A stretch of 64,000 nt of DNA from the human T2T-CHM13v2.0 reference genome, Homo sapiens: the NCBI RefSeq assembly GCF_009914755.1, contig NC_060926.1; one strand, written 5' to 3'. Of this stretch, positions 14,338 through 28,200 are shown in pieces (within the stretch, counting starts at the first letter, position 1; each line of letters opens with the position of its first letter). The notes under the pieces were generated by a model. That model had not been told where the DNA came from. It searched no databases and saw nothing but the letters and a program-made list of their open reading frames with translations. The position numbers and the translations under genes were made by a program.

Positions 14338-14675
14338 TTGTGGAATCTGCAAGTGGATATTTGTCTAGGTTTGAGGATTGCGTTTGAAACGGGATTACAT
14401 ATAAAAAGCAGACAGCAGCATTCCCAGAAACTTCTTTGTGATGTTTGCATTCAAGTCACAGAGTTGAACATTCCCTTTCATAGAGCAGGTTTGAAACACT
14501 CTTTTTGTAGTATCTGGAAGTGGACATTTGGAGCGCTCTCAGGACTACGGTGAAAAAGGAAATATCTTCCAATAAAAGCTAGATAGAAGCAAAGTCAGAA
14601 ACTTTTTAATGATCTATCTACTCAGCTAACAGAGTTGAACCTTTCTTTTGAGAGAGCAGTTTTGAAACACTCTTT
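14338..14675 (+). repeat. Truncated 2-mer HOR variant (338 bp) containing a hybrid A-box monomer
   Basis: HOR register steps 338 bp rather than 680. The monomer begins ...ttcccagaaacttctttgtg...aacattccc and ends ...ctggaagtgg...ggactacgg...ccaataaaagctagatag, so 342 bp are skipped. Confidence 0.92.
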
Positions 14676-17600
14676 TGGTGGAATCTGCAAGTGGATATTT
14701 GTCTAGCTTTGAGGATTGCGTTGGAAACGGGATTACATTTAAAAAGCAGACAGCAGCATTCCCAGAAACATCTTTGTGATGTTTGCATTCAAGTCACAGA
14801 GTTGAACATTCCCTTTCATAGAGCAGGTTGGAAACACTCTTTTTGTAGTATCTGGATGTGGACATTTGGAGCGCTTTCAGGCCTATGGTGAAAAAGGAAA
14901 TATCTTCCCCTGAAAACAAGACAGAAGCATTCTCAGAATCTTATTTGTGATGTGCGCCCTCAACTAACAGTGTTGAAGCTTTCTTTTGATAGAGCAGTTT
15001 TGAAACACTCTTTTTGTAAAATCTGCAAGAGGATATTTGGATAGCTTTGAGGATTTCGTTGGAAACGGGATTGTCTTCATATAGAATCTAGACAGAAGCA
15101 TTCTCAGAAGCTTCATTGGGATGTTTCAATTGAAGTCACAGTGTTGAACAGTCCCTTTCATAGAGCAGGTTTGAAACACTCTTTTTGTAGTATCTGGAAG
15201 TGGACATTTGGAGCGCTCTCAGGACTACGGTGAAAAAGGAAATATCTTCCAATAAAAGCTAGATAGAAGCAATGTCAGAAACTTTTTCATGATGTATCTA
15301 CTCAGCTAACAGAGTTGAACCTTTGTTTTGACAGAGCAGTTTTGAAACACTCTTTTTGTGGAATCTGCAAGTGGATATTTGTCTAGCTTTGAGGATTTCG
15401 TTGGAAACGGGATTACATATAAAAAGCAGACAGCAGCATTCCCAGAAACTTCTTTGTGATATTTGCATTCAAGTCACAGACTTGAACATTCCCTTTCATA
15501 GAGTAGGTTTGAAACACTCTTTTTGTAGTATCTGGATGTGGACATTTGCAGCGCTTTCAGGCCTATGGTGAAAAAGGAAATATCTTCCCCTGAAAACTAG
15601 ACAGAAGCATTCTCAGAAACTTATTTGTGATGTGCGCCCTCAACTAACAGTGTTGAAGCTTTCTTTTGATAGAGCAGTTTTGAAACACTCTTTTTGTAAA
15701 ATCTGCAAGAGGATATTTGGATAGCTTGGAGGATTTCGTTGGAAACGGGATTGTCTTCATATTAACCCTAGACAGTTGCATTCTCAGAAGCTTCATTGGG
15801 ATGTTTCAATTGAAGTCACAGTGTTGAACAGTCCCTTTCATAGAGCAGGTTTGAAACACTCTTTTTGTAGCATCTGGAAGTGGACATTTGGAGCGTTCTC
15901 AGGACTACGGTGAAAAAGGAAATATCTTCCAATAAAAGCTACATAGAAGCAATGTCAGAAACTTTTTCATGATGTATCTACTCAGCTAAAAGAGTTGAAC
16001 CTTTCTTTTGAGAGAGCAGTTTTGAAACACTATTTTTGTGGAATCTGCAAGTGGATATTTGTCTAGCTTTGAGGATTTCGTTGGAAACGGGATTACATAT
16101 AAAAAGCAGACAGCAGCATTCCCAGAAAGTTCTTTTTGAAATTTGCATTCAAGTCACAGACATGAACATTCCCTTTCATAGAGCAGGTTTGAAACACTCT
16201 TTTTGTAGTATCTGGATGCGGACATTTGGAGCGCTTTCAGGCCTATGGTGAAAAAGGAAATATCTTCCCCTGAAAACAAGACAGAAGCATTCTCAGAATC
16301 TTATTTGTGATGTGCGCCCTCAACTAACAGTGTTGAAGCTTTCTTTTGATAGAGCAGTTTTGAAACACTCTTTTTGTAAAATCTGCAAGAGGATATTTGG
16401 ATAGCTTTGAGGATTTCGTTGGAAACGGGATTGTCTTCATATAGAATCTAGACAGAAGCATTCTCAGAAGCTTCATTGGGATGTTTCAATTGAAGTCACA
16501 GTGTTGAACAGTCCCTTTCATAGAGCAGGTTTGAAACACTCTTTTTGTAGTATCTGGAAGTGGACATTTGGAGCGCTCTCAGGACTACGGTGAAAAAGGA
16601 AATATCTTCCAATAAAAGCTAGATAGAAGCAATGTCAGAAACTTTTTCATGATGTATCTACTCAGCTAACAGAGTTGAACCTTTCTTTTGAGAGAGCCGT
16701 TTTGAAACACTCTTTTTGTGGAATCTGCAAGTGGATATTTGTCTAGCTTTGAGGATTTCTTTGGAAACGGGATTATATATAAAAAGCAGACAGCAGCATT
16801 CCCAGAAACTTCTTTGTGATGTTTGCATTCAAGTCACAGAGTTGAACATTCCCTTTCATAGAGCAGGTTTGAAACACTCTTTTTGTAGTATCTGGATGTG
16901 GACATTTGGAGCGCTCTCAGGCCTATGGTGAAAAAGGAAATATCTTCCCCTGAAAACTAGACAGAAGCATTCTCAGAAACTTATTTGTGATGTGCGCCCT
17001 CAACTAACAGTGTTGAACTTTTCTTTTGATAAAGCAGTTTTGAAACACTCTTTTTGTAAAATCTGCAAGAGGATATTTGGATAGCTTTGAGGATTTCGTT
17101 GGAAACGGGATTGTCTTCATATAAAATCTAGACAGAAGCATTCTCAGAAGCTTCATTGGGATGTTTCAATTGAAGTCACAGTGTTGAACAGTCCCTTTCA
17201 TAGAGCATGTTTGAAACAATCTTTTTGTAGTATCTGGAAGTGGACATTTGGAGCGCTCTCAGGACTACGGTGAAAAAGGAAATATCTTCCAAATAAAGCT
17301 AGATAGAAGCAATGTCAGAAAATTTTTCATGATGTATCTATTCAGCTAACAGAGTTGAACCTTTCTTTTGACAGAGCAGTTTTGAAACACTCTTTTTGTG
17401 GAATCTGCAAGTGGATATTTGTCTAGCTTTGAGGATTTCGTTGGAAACGGGATTACATATAAAAAGCAGACAGCAGCATTCCCAGAAACTTCTTTGTGAT
17501 ATTTGCATTCAAGTCACAGACTTGAACATTCCCTTTCATAGAGCAGGTTTGAAACACTCTTTTTGTAGTATCTGGATGTGGACATTTGGAGCGCTTTCCG

Positions 17601-20046
17601 GCCTATGGTGAAAAAGGAAATATCTTCCCCTGAAAACTAGACAGAAGCATTCTCAGAAACTTATTTGTGATGTGCGCCCTCAACTAACAGTGTTGAACCT
17701 TTCTTTTGATAGAGCAGTTTTGAAACACTCTTTTTGTAAAATCTGCAAGAGGATATTTGGATAGCTTTGAGGATTTCGTTGGAAACGGGATTGTCTTCAT
17801 ATACAATCTAGACAGAAGCATTCTCAGAAGCTTCATTGGGATGTTTCAATTGAAGTTACAGTGTTGAACACTCCCTTTCGTAGAGCAGGTTTGAAACACT
17901 CTTTTTGTAATATCTGGAAGTGGACATTTGGAGCGTTCTCAGGACTATGGTGAAAAAGGAAATAACTTCCAATAAAAGCTAGATAGAAGCAATGTCAGAA
18001 ACTTTTTCATGATGTATCTACTCAGCTAACAGAGTTGAACCTTTCTTTTGAGAGAGCCGTTTTGAAACACTCTTTTTGTGGAATCTGCAAGTGGATATTT
18101 GTCTAGCTTTGAGGATTTCGTTGGAAACGGGATTACATATAAAAAGCAGACAGCAGCATTCCCAGAAACTTCTTTGTGATGTTTGCATTCAAGTCACAGA
18201 GTTGAACATTCCCTTTCATAGAGCAGGTTTGAAACACTCTTTTTGTAGTATCTGGATGTGGACATTTGGAGCGCTTTCAGGCCTATGGTGAAAAAGGAAA
18301 TATCTTCCCCTGAAAACTAGACAGAAGCATTCTCAGAAACTTATTTGTAATGTGCGCCCTCAACTAACAGTGTTAAACCTTTCTTTTGATAGAGTAGTTT
18401 TGAAACACTCTTTGTAAAATCTGCAAGAGGATATTTTGATAGCTTTGAGGATTTCTTTGGAAACGGGATTGTCTTCATATAAAATCTAGACAAAAGCATT
18501 CTCAGAAGCTTCATTGGGATGTTTCAATTGAAGTCACAGTGTTGAACAGTCCCTTTCATAGAGCAGGTTTGAAACACTCTTTTTGTAGTATCTGGAAGTT
18601 GACATTTGGAGCGTTTTCAGGACTACGGTGAAAAAGGAAATATCTTCCAAATAAAGCTAGATAGAAGCAATGTCAGAAAATTTTTCATGATGTATCTACT
18701 CAGCTAACAGAATTTAACCTTTCTTTTGAGAGAGAAGTTTTGAAACACTCTTTTTGTGGAATCTGCAAGTGGATATTTGTCTAGGTTTGAGGATTTCGTT
18801 GGAAACCGGATTACATATGAAAAGCAGACAGCAGCATTCCCAGAAACTTCTTTGTGATGTTTGCATTCAAGTCACAGAGTTGAACATTCCCTTTCATAGA
18901 GCAGGTTTGAAACACTCTTTTTGTAGTATCTGGATGTGGACATTTGGAGCGCTTTCAGGCCTATGGTGAAAAAGGAAATATCTTCCCCTGAAAACTAGAC
19001 AGAAGCATTCTCAGAAACTTATTTGTGATGTGCACCCTCAACTAACAGTGTTGAAGCTTTCTTTTGACAGAGCAGTTTGAAACACTCTTTTTGTAAAATC
19101 TGCAAGAGGATATTTGGATTGCTTTGAGGATTTCGGAGGAAATGGGATTGTCTTCATATAAACTCTAGACAGTAGCATTCTCAGAAGCTTCATTGGGATG
19201 TTTCAATTGAAGTCACAGTGTTGAACAGTCCGTTTCATAGAGCAGGTTTGAAACACTCTTTTTGTAGTATCTGGAAGTGGACATTTGGAGCGCTCTCAGG
19301 ACTACGGTGAAAAAGGAAATATCTTCCAATAAAAGCTAGATAGAAGCAATGTCAGAAACTTTTTCATGATGTATCTACTCAGCTAACAGAGTTGAACCTT
19401 TTTTTTGAGAGAGCAGTTTTGAAACACTCTTTTTGTTCGATCTGCAGGTGGATATTTGTCTAGGTTTGAGGATTTCGTTGGAAACGGGATTACATATAAA
19501 AAACAGACAGCAGCATTCCCAGAAACTTCTTTGTGATGTTTGCATTCAAGTCACAGAGTTGAACATTTCCTTTCATAGAGCAGGTTTGAAACACTATTTT
19601 TGTAGTATCTGGATGTGGACATTTGGAGCGCTCTCAGGCCTATGGTGAAAAAGGAAATATCTTCCCCTGCAAACTAGACAGAAGCATTCTCAGAAACTTA
19701 TTTGTGATGTGGGCCCTCAACTAACAATGTTGAACCTTTCTGTTGATAGAGTAGTTTTGAAACACTCTTTTTGTAAAATCTGCAAGAGGATATTTGGATA
19801 GCTTTGAGGATTTCGTTGGAAACGGGATTGTCTTCATATTAACCCTAGACAGTAGCATTCTCAGAAGGTTCATTGGGATGTTTCAATTGAAGTCACAGTG
19901 TTGAACAATCACTTTCATAGAGCAGGTTTGAAACACTCTTTTTGTAGCATCTGGAAGTGGACATTTGGAGCGCTCTCAGGACTACGGTGAAAAAGGAAAT
20001 ATCTTCCAATAAAAGCTAGATAGAAGCAATGTCAGAAACTTTTTCA

Positions 20047-23000
20047 TGATGTATCTACTCAGCTAAAAGAGTTGAACCTTTCTTTTCTGAGAGCAGTTTT
20101 GAAACACTATTTTTGTGGAATCTGCAAGTGGATATTTGTCTAGCTTTGAGGATTCCGTTGGAAACGGGATTACATAGAAAAAGCAGACAGCAGCATTCCC
20201 AGAAACTTCTTTGTGAAATTTGCATTCAAGTCACAGACTTGAACATTCCCTTTCATAGAGCAGGTTTGAAACACTCTTTTTGTAGTATCTGGATGTGGAC
20301 GTTTGGAGCGCTTTCAGGCCTATGGTGAAAAAGGAAATATCTTCCCCTGAAAACTAGACAGAAGCATTCTCAGAAACTTATTTGTGATGTGCGCCCTCAA
20401 CTAACAGTGTTGAACCTTTCTTTTGATAGAGTAGTTTTGAAACACTCTTTTTGTAAAATCTGCAAGAGGATATTTGGATAGCTTTGAGTATTTCGTTGGA
20501 AACGGGATTGTCTTCATATAAACTCTAGACAGTAGCATTCTGAGAAGCTTCATTGGGATGTTTCAATTGAAGTCACAGTGTTGAACAGTCCCTTTCATAG
20601 AGCAGGTTTGAAACACTCTTTTTGTAGCATCTGGAAGTGGACATTTGGAGCGCTCTCAGGACTACGGTGAAAAAGGAAATATCTTCCAATAAAAGCTAGA
20701 TAGAAGCAATGTGAGAAACTTTTTCATGATGTATCTACTCAGCTAAAAGAGTTGAACCTTTCTTTTGAGAGAGCAGTTTTGAAACACTCTTTTTGTGGAA
20801 TCTGCAAGTGGATATTTGTCTAGCTTTGAGGACTTCTTTGGAAACGGGATTACATATAAAAAGCAGACAGCAGCATTCCCAGAAACTTCTTTGTGATGTT
20901 TGCATTCAAGTCACAGAGTTGAACATTCCCTTTCATAGAGCAGGTTTGAAACACTCTTTTTGTAGTATCTGGATGTGGACATTTGGAGCGCTCTCAGGCC
21001 TATGGTGAAAAAGGAAATATCTTCCCCTGAAAACTAGATAGAAGCATTCTGAGAAACTTATTTGTGATGTGCGCCCTCAACTAACAGTGTTGAACTTTTC
21101 TTTTGATAGAGCAGTTTTGAAACACTCTTTTTGTAAAATCTGCAAGAGGATATTTGGATAGCTTTGAGGATTTCGTTGGAAACGGGATTGTCTTCATATA
21201 AAATCTAGACAGAAGCATTCTCAGAAGCTTCATTGGGATGTTTCAATTGAAGTCACAGTGTTGAACAGTCCCTTTCATAGAGCATGTTTGAAACAATCTT
21301 TTTGTAGTATCTGGAAGTGGACATTTGGAGCGCTCTCAGGACTACGGTGAAAAAGGAAATATCTTCCAAATAAAGCTAGATAGAAGCAATGTCAGAAAAT
21401 TTTTCATGATGTATCTATTCAGCTAACAGAGTTGAACCTTTCTTTTGACAGAGCAGTTTTGAAACACTCTTTTTGTGGAATCTGCAAGTGGATATTTGTC
21501 TAGCTTTGAGGATTTCGTTGGAAACGGGATTACATATAAAAAGCAGACAGCAGCATTCCCAGAAACTTCTTTGTGATATTTGCATTCAAGTCACAGACTT
21601 GAACATTCCCTTTCATAGAGCAGGTTTGAAACACTCTTTTTGTAGTATCTGGATGTGGACATTTGGAGCGCTTTCAGGCCTATGGTGAAAAAGGAAATAT
21701 CTTCCCCTGAAAACTAGACAGAAGCATTCTGAGAAACTTATTTGTGATGTGCGCCCTCAACTAACAGTGTTGAAGCTTTCTTTTGATAGAGCAGTTTTGA
21801 AACACTCTTTTTGTAAAATCTGCAAGAGGATATTTGGATAGCTTTGAGGATTTCGTTGGAAACGGGATTGTCTTCATATACAATCTAGACAGAAGCATTC
21901 TCAGAAGCTTCATTGGGATGTTTCAATTAAAGTCACAGTGTTGAACAGTCCCTATCGTAGAGCAGGTTTGAAACACTCTTTTTGTAATATCTGGAAGTGG
22001 AGATTTGGAGCGCTCTCAGGACTACGGTGAAAAAGGAAATATCTTCCAATAAAAGCTAGATAGAAGCAATGTCAGAAACTTTTTCATGATGTATCTACTC
22101 AGCTAACAGAGTTGAACCTTTTTTTTGAGAGAGCAGTTTTGAAACACTCTTTTTGTTGGATCTGCAGGTGGATATTTGTCTAGCTTTGAGGATTTCGTTG
22201 GAAACGGGATTACATATAAAAAGCAGACAGCAGCATTCCCAGAAACTTCTTTGTGATATTTGCATTCAAGTCACAGACTTGAACATTCCCTTTCATAGAG
22301 CAGGTTTGAAACACTCTTTTTGTAGTATCTGGATGTGGACATTTGGAGCGCTTTCAGGCCTATGGTGAAAAAGGAAATATCTTCCCCTGAAAACTAGACA
22401 GAAGCATTCTCAGAAACTTATTTGTGATGTGCGCCCTCAACTAACAGTGTTGAAGCTTTCTTTTGATAGAGCAGTTTTGAAACACTCTTTTTGTAAAATC
22501 TGCAAGAGGATATTTGGATAGCTTTGAGGATTTCATTGGGAACGGGATTGTCTTCATATACAATCTAGACAGAAGCATTCTCAGAAGCTTCATTGGGATG
22601 TTTCAATTGAAGTCACAGTGTTGAACAGTCCCTTTCGTAGAGCAGGTTTGAAACACTCTTTTTGTAATATCTGGAAGTGGACATTTGGAGCGTTCTCAGG
22701 ACTATGGTGAAAAAGGAAATATCTTCCAATAAAAGCTAGATAGAAGCAATGTCAGAAACTTTTTCATGATGTATCTACTCAGCTAACAGAGTTGAACCTT
22801 TCTTTTGAGAGAGCCGTTTTGAAACACTCTTTTTGTGGAATCTGCAAGTGGATATTTGTCTAGCTTTGAGGATTTCGTTGGAAACGGGATTACATATAAA
22901 AAGCAGACAGCAGCATTCCCAGAAACTTCTTTGTGATGTTTGCATTCAAGTCACAGAGTTGAACATTCCCTTTCATAGAGCAGGTTTGAAACACTCTTTT

Positions 23001-25277
23001 TGTAGTATCTGGATGTGGACATTTGAAGCGCTTTCAGGCCTATGGTGAAAAAGGAAATATCTTCCCCTGAAAACTAGACAGAAGCATTCTCAGAAACTTA
23101 TTTGTGATGTGCGCCCTCAACTAACAGTGTTAAACCTTTCTTTTGATAGAGTAGTTTTGAAACACTCTTTGTAAAATCTGCAAGAGGATATTTTGATAGC
23201 TTTGAGGAATTCTTTGGAAACGGATTGTCTTCATATAAAATCTAGACAAAAGCATTCTCAGAAGCTTCATTGGGATGTTTCAATTGAAGTCACAGTGTTG
23301 AACAGTCCCTTTCATAGAGCATGTTTGAAACAATCTTTTTGTAGTATCTGGAAGTGGACATTTGGAGCGTTCTCAGGACGACAGTGAAAAAGGAAATATC
23401 TTCCAATAAAAGCTAGATAGAAGAAATGTCAGAAAATTTTTCATGATGTATCTACTCAGCTAACAGAGTTGAACCTTTCTTTGGAGAGAGTAGTTTTGAA
23501 ACACTCTTTTTGTGGAATCTGCAAGTGGATATTTGTCTAGTTTTGAGGATTGCGTTGGAAACGGTATTACATATAAAAAGCAGACAGCAGCATTCCCAGA
23601 AACTTCTTTGTGATATTTGCATTGAAGTCACAGACTTGAACATTCCGTTTCATAGAGCAGGTTTGAAACACTCTTTTTGTAGTATCTGGATGTGGACATT
23701 TGGAGCGCTTTCAGGCCTATGGTGAAAAAGGAAATATCTTCCCCTGAAAACTAGACAGAAGCATTCTCAGAAACTTATTTGTCATGTGCGCCCTCAACTA
23801 ACAGTGTTGAACCTTTCTTTTGATAGAGCAGTTTTGATACACTCTTTTTGTAAAATCCGCAAGAGGATATTTGGATAGCTTTGAGGATTACGTTGGAAAC
23901 GGGATTGTCTTCATATAGAATCTAGACAGAATCATTCTCAGAAGCTTCATTGGGATGTTTCAATTGAAGTCACAGTGTTGAACAGTCCCTTTCATAGAGC
24001 AGATTTGAAACACTCTTTTTGTAGTATCTGGAAGTGGACATTTGGAGCGCTCTCAGGACTACAGTGAAAAAGGAAATATCTTCCAATAAAAGCTAGATAG
24101 AAGCAATGTCAGAAAATTTTTCATGATGTATCTACTCAGCTAACAGGGTTGAACCTTTCTTTTGAGAGAGCAGTTTTGAAACACTCTTTTTGTGGAATCT
24201 GCAAGTGGATATTTGTCTAGCTTTGAGGATTGCGTTGGAAACGGGATTACATATAAAAAGCAGACAGCAGCATTCCCAGAAACTTCTTTGTGATATTTGC
24301 ATTCAAGTCACAGACTTGAACATTCCCTTCCATAGAGCAGGTTTGAAACACTCTTTTTGTAGTATCTGGATGTGGACATTTGGAGCGCTTTCAGGCCTAT
24401 GGTGAAAAAGGAAATATCTTCCCCTGAAAACTAGACAGAAGCATTCTCAGAATCTTATTTGTGATGTGCGCCCTCAACTAACAGTGTTGAAGCTTTCTTT
24501 TGATAGAGCAGTTTTGAAACACTCTTTTTGTAAAATCTGCAAGAGGATATTTGGATAGCTTTGAGGATTTCGTTGGAAACGGGATTGTCTTCATATAAAA
24601 TCTAGACAGAAGCATTCTCAGAAGCTTCATTGGGATGTTTCAATTGAAGTCACAGTGTTGAACAGTCCCTTTCATAGAGCACGTTTGAAACAATCTTTTT
24701 GTAGTATCTGGAAGTGGACATTTGGAGCGTTCTCAGGACTGCGGTGAAAAAGGAAATATCTTCCAAATAAAGCTAGATAGAAGCAATGTCAGAAAATTTT
24801 TCATGATGTATCTACTCAGCTAACAGAGTTGAACCTTTCTTTTGACAGAGCAGTTTTGAAACACTCTTTTTGTGGAATCTGCAAGTGGATATTTGTCTAG
24901 CTTTGAGGATTTCGTTGGAAACGGGATTACATATAAAAAGCGGACAGCAGCATTCCCAGAAACTTCTTTGTGATATTTGCATTCAAGTCACAGACTTGAA
25001 CATTCCCTTTCATAGAGCAGGTTTGAAACACTCTTTTTGTAGTATCTGGATGTGGACATTTGGAGCGCTTTCAGGCCTATGGTGAAAAAGGAAATATCTT
25101 CCCCTGAAAACTAGACAGAAGCATTCTCAGAAACTTATTTGTGATGTGCGCCCTCAACTAACAGTGTTGAAGCTTTCTTTTGATAGAGCAGTTTTGAAAC
25201 ACTCTTTTTGTAAAATCTGCAAGAGGATATTTGGATAGCTTTGAGGATTTCGTTGGAAACGGGATTGTCTTCATATA
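20047..25277 (+). repeat. Near-identical copy of window positions 1-~5231 (offset 20046; about 7.7 HORs)
   Basis: The same ordered private variants recur: ctgagag, gattccg/acatagaa, gacttcttt, ttcattgggaacg, EcoRI 23207, aagcggac. Eight HOR ORFs and two accessory ORFs are identical at +20046. Confidence 0.93.
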
Positions 25278-28200
25278 AACTCTAGACAGAAGCATTCTCA
25301 GAAGCTTCATTGGGATGTTTCAATTGAAGTCACAGTGTTGAACAGTCCCTTTCGTAGAGCAGGTTTGAAACACTCTTTTTGTAATATCTGGAAGTGGAGA
25401 TTTGGAGCGCTCTCAGGACTACGGTGAAAAAGGAAATATCTTCCAATAAAAGCTAGATAGAAGCAATGTCAGAAACTTTTTCATGATGTATCTACTCAGC
25501 TAACAGAGTTGAACCTTTTTTTTCAGAGAGCAGTTTTGAAACACTCTTTTTGTTGGATCTGCAGGTGGATATTTGTCTAGCTTTGAGGATTTCGTTGGAA
25601 ACGGGATTACATATAAAAAGCAGACAGCAGCATTCCCAGAAACTTCTTTGTGATGTTTGCATTCAAGTCACAGAGTTGAACATTCCCTTTCATAGAGCAG
25701 GTTTGAAACACTCTTTTTGTAGTATCTGGATGTGGACATTTGGAGCGCTCTCAGGCCTATGGTGAAAAAGGAAATATCTTCCCCTGAAAACTAGACAGAA
25801 GCATTCTCAGAAACTTATTTGTGATGTGCGCCGTCAAGTAACAGTGTTGAACCTTTCTTTTGATAGAGTAGTTTTGAAACACGCTTTTTGTAAAATCTGC
25901 AAGAGGATATTTGGATAGCTTTGAGTATTTCGTTGGAAACGGGATTGTCTTCATATAAACTCTAGACAGTAGCATTCTGAGAAGCTTCATTGGGATGTTT
26001 CAATTGAAGTCACAGTGTTGAACAGTCCCTTTCATAGAGCAGGTTTGAAACACTCTTTTTGTAGCATCTGGAAGTGGACATTTGGAGCACTCTCAGGACT
26101 ACGGTGAAAAAGGAAATATCTTCAAATAAAAGCTAGATAGAAGCAATGTGAGAAACTTTTTCATGATGTATCTACTCAGCTAAAACAGTTGAACCTTTCT
26201 TTTGAGAGAGCAGTTTTGAAACACTCTTTTTGTGGAATCTGCAAGTGGATATTTGTCTAGCTTTGAGGATTTCTTTGGAAACGGGATTACATATAAAAAG
26301 CAGACAGCAGCATTCCCAGAAACTTCTTTGTGATGTTTGCATTCAAGTCACAGAGTTGAACATTCCCTTTCATAGAGCAGGTTTGAAACACTCTTTTTGT
26401 AGTATCTGGATGTGGACATTTGGTGCGCTCTCAGGCCTATGGTGAAAAAGGAAATATCTTCCCCTGAAAACTAGACAGAAGCATTCTCAGAAACTTATTT
26501 GTGATGTGCGCCCTCAACTAACAGTGTTGAAGCTTTCTTTTGATAGAGCAGTTTTGAAACACTCTTTTTGTAAAATCTGCAAGAGGATATTTGGATAGCT
26601 TTGAGGATTTCGTTGGAAACGGGATTGTCTTCATATACAATCTAGACAGAAGCATTCTCAGAAGCTTCACTGGGATGTTTCAATTGAAGTCACAGTGTTG
26701 AACAGTCCCTTTCGTAGAGCAGGTTTGAAACACTCTTTTTGTAATATCTGGAAGTGGAGATTTGGAGCGCTCTCAGGACTACGGTGAAAAAGGAAATATC
26801 TTCCAATAAAAGCTAGATAGAAGCAATGTCAGAAACTTTTTCATGATGTATCTACTCAGCTAACAGAGTTGAACCTTTTTTTTGAGAGAGCAGTTTTGAA
26901 ACAGTCTTTTTGTTGGATCTGCAGGTGGATATTTGTCTAGCTTTGAGGATTTCGTTGGAAACGGGATTACATATAAAAAGCAGACAGCAGCATTCCCAGA
27001 AACTTCTTTGTGATGTTTGCATTCAAGTCACAGAGTTGAACATTCCCTTTCATAGAGCAGGTTTGAAACACTCTTTTTGTAGTATCTGGATGTGGACATT
27101 TGGAGCGCTCTCAGGCCTATGGTGAAAAAGGAAATATCTTCCCCTGAAAACTAGACAGAAGCATTCTCAGAAACTTATTTGTGATGTGCGCCGTCAACTA
27201 ACAGTGTTGAACCTTTCTTTTGATAGAGTAGTTTTGAAACACTCTTTTTGTAAAATCTGCAAGAGGATATTTGGATAGCTTTGAGTATTTCGTTGGAAAC
27301 GGGATTGTCTTCATATAAACTCTAGACAATAGCATTCTGAGAAGCTTCATTGGGATGTTTCAATTGAAGTCACAGTGTTGAACAGTCCCTTTCATAGAGC
27401 AGGTTTGAAACACTCTTTTTGTAGCATCTGGAAGTGGACATTTGGAGCGCTCTCAGGACTACGGTGAAAAAGGAAATATCTTCCAATAAAAGCTAGATAG
27501 AAGCAATGTGAGAAACTTTTTCATGATGTATCTACTCAGCTAAAAGAGTTGAACCTTTCTTTTGAGAGAGCAGTTTTGAAACACTCTTTTTGTGGAGTCT
27601 GCAAGTGGATATTTGTCTAGCTTTGAGGATTTCTTTGGAAACGGGATTACATATAAAAAGCAGACAGCAGCATTCCCAGAAACTTCTTTGTGATGTTTGC
27701 ATTCAAGTCACAGAGTTGAACATTCCCTTTCATAGAGCAGGTTTGAAACACTCTTTTTGTAGTATCTGGATGTGGACATTTGGAGCGCTCTCAGGCCTAT
27801 GGTGAAAAAGGAAATATCTTCCCCTGAAAACTAGACAGAAGCATTCTCAGAAACTTATTTGTGATGTGCGCCCTCAACTAACAGTGTTGAACTTTTCTTT
27901 TGATAGAGCAGTTTTGAAACACTCTTTTTGTAAAATCTGCAAGAGGATATTTGGATAGCTTTGAGGATTTCGGTGGAAATGGGATTGTCTTCATATAAAC
28001 TCTAGAGAGTTGCATTCTCAGAAGCTTCATTGGGATGTTTCAATTGAAGTCACAGTGTTGAACAGTCCCTTTCATAGAGCAGGTTTGAAACACTCTTTTT
28101 GTAGTATCTGGAAGTGGACATTTGGAGCGCTCTTAGGACTACGGTGAAAAAGGAAATATCTTCCAATAAAAGCTAGATAGAAGCAATGTCAGAAACTTTT

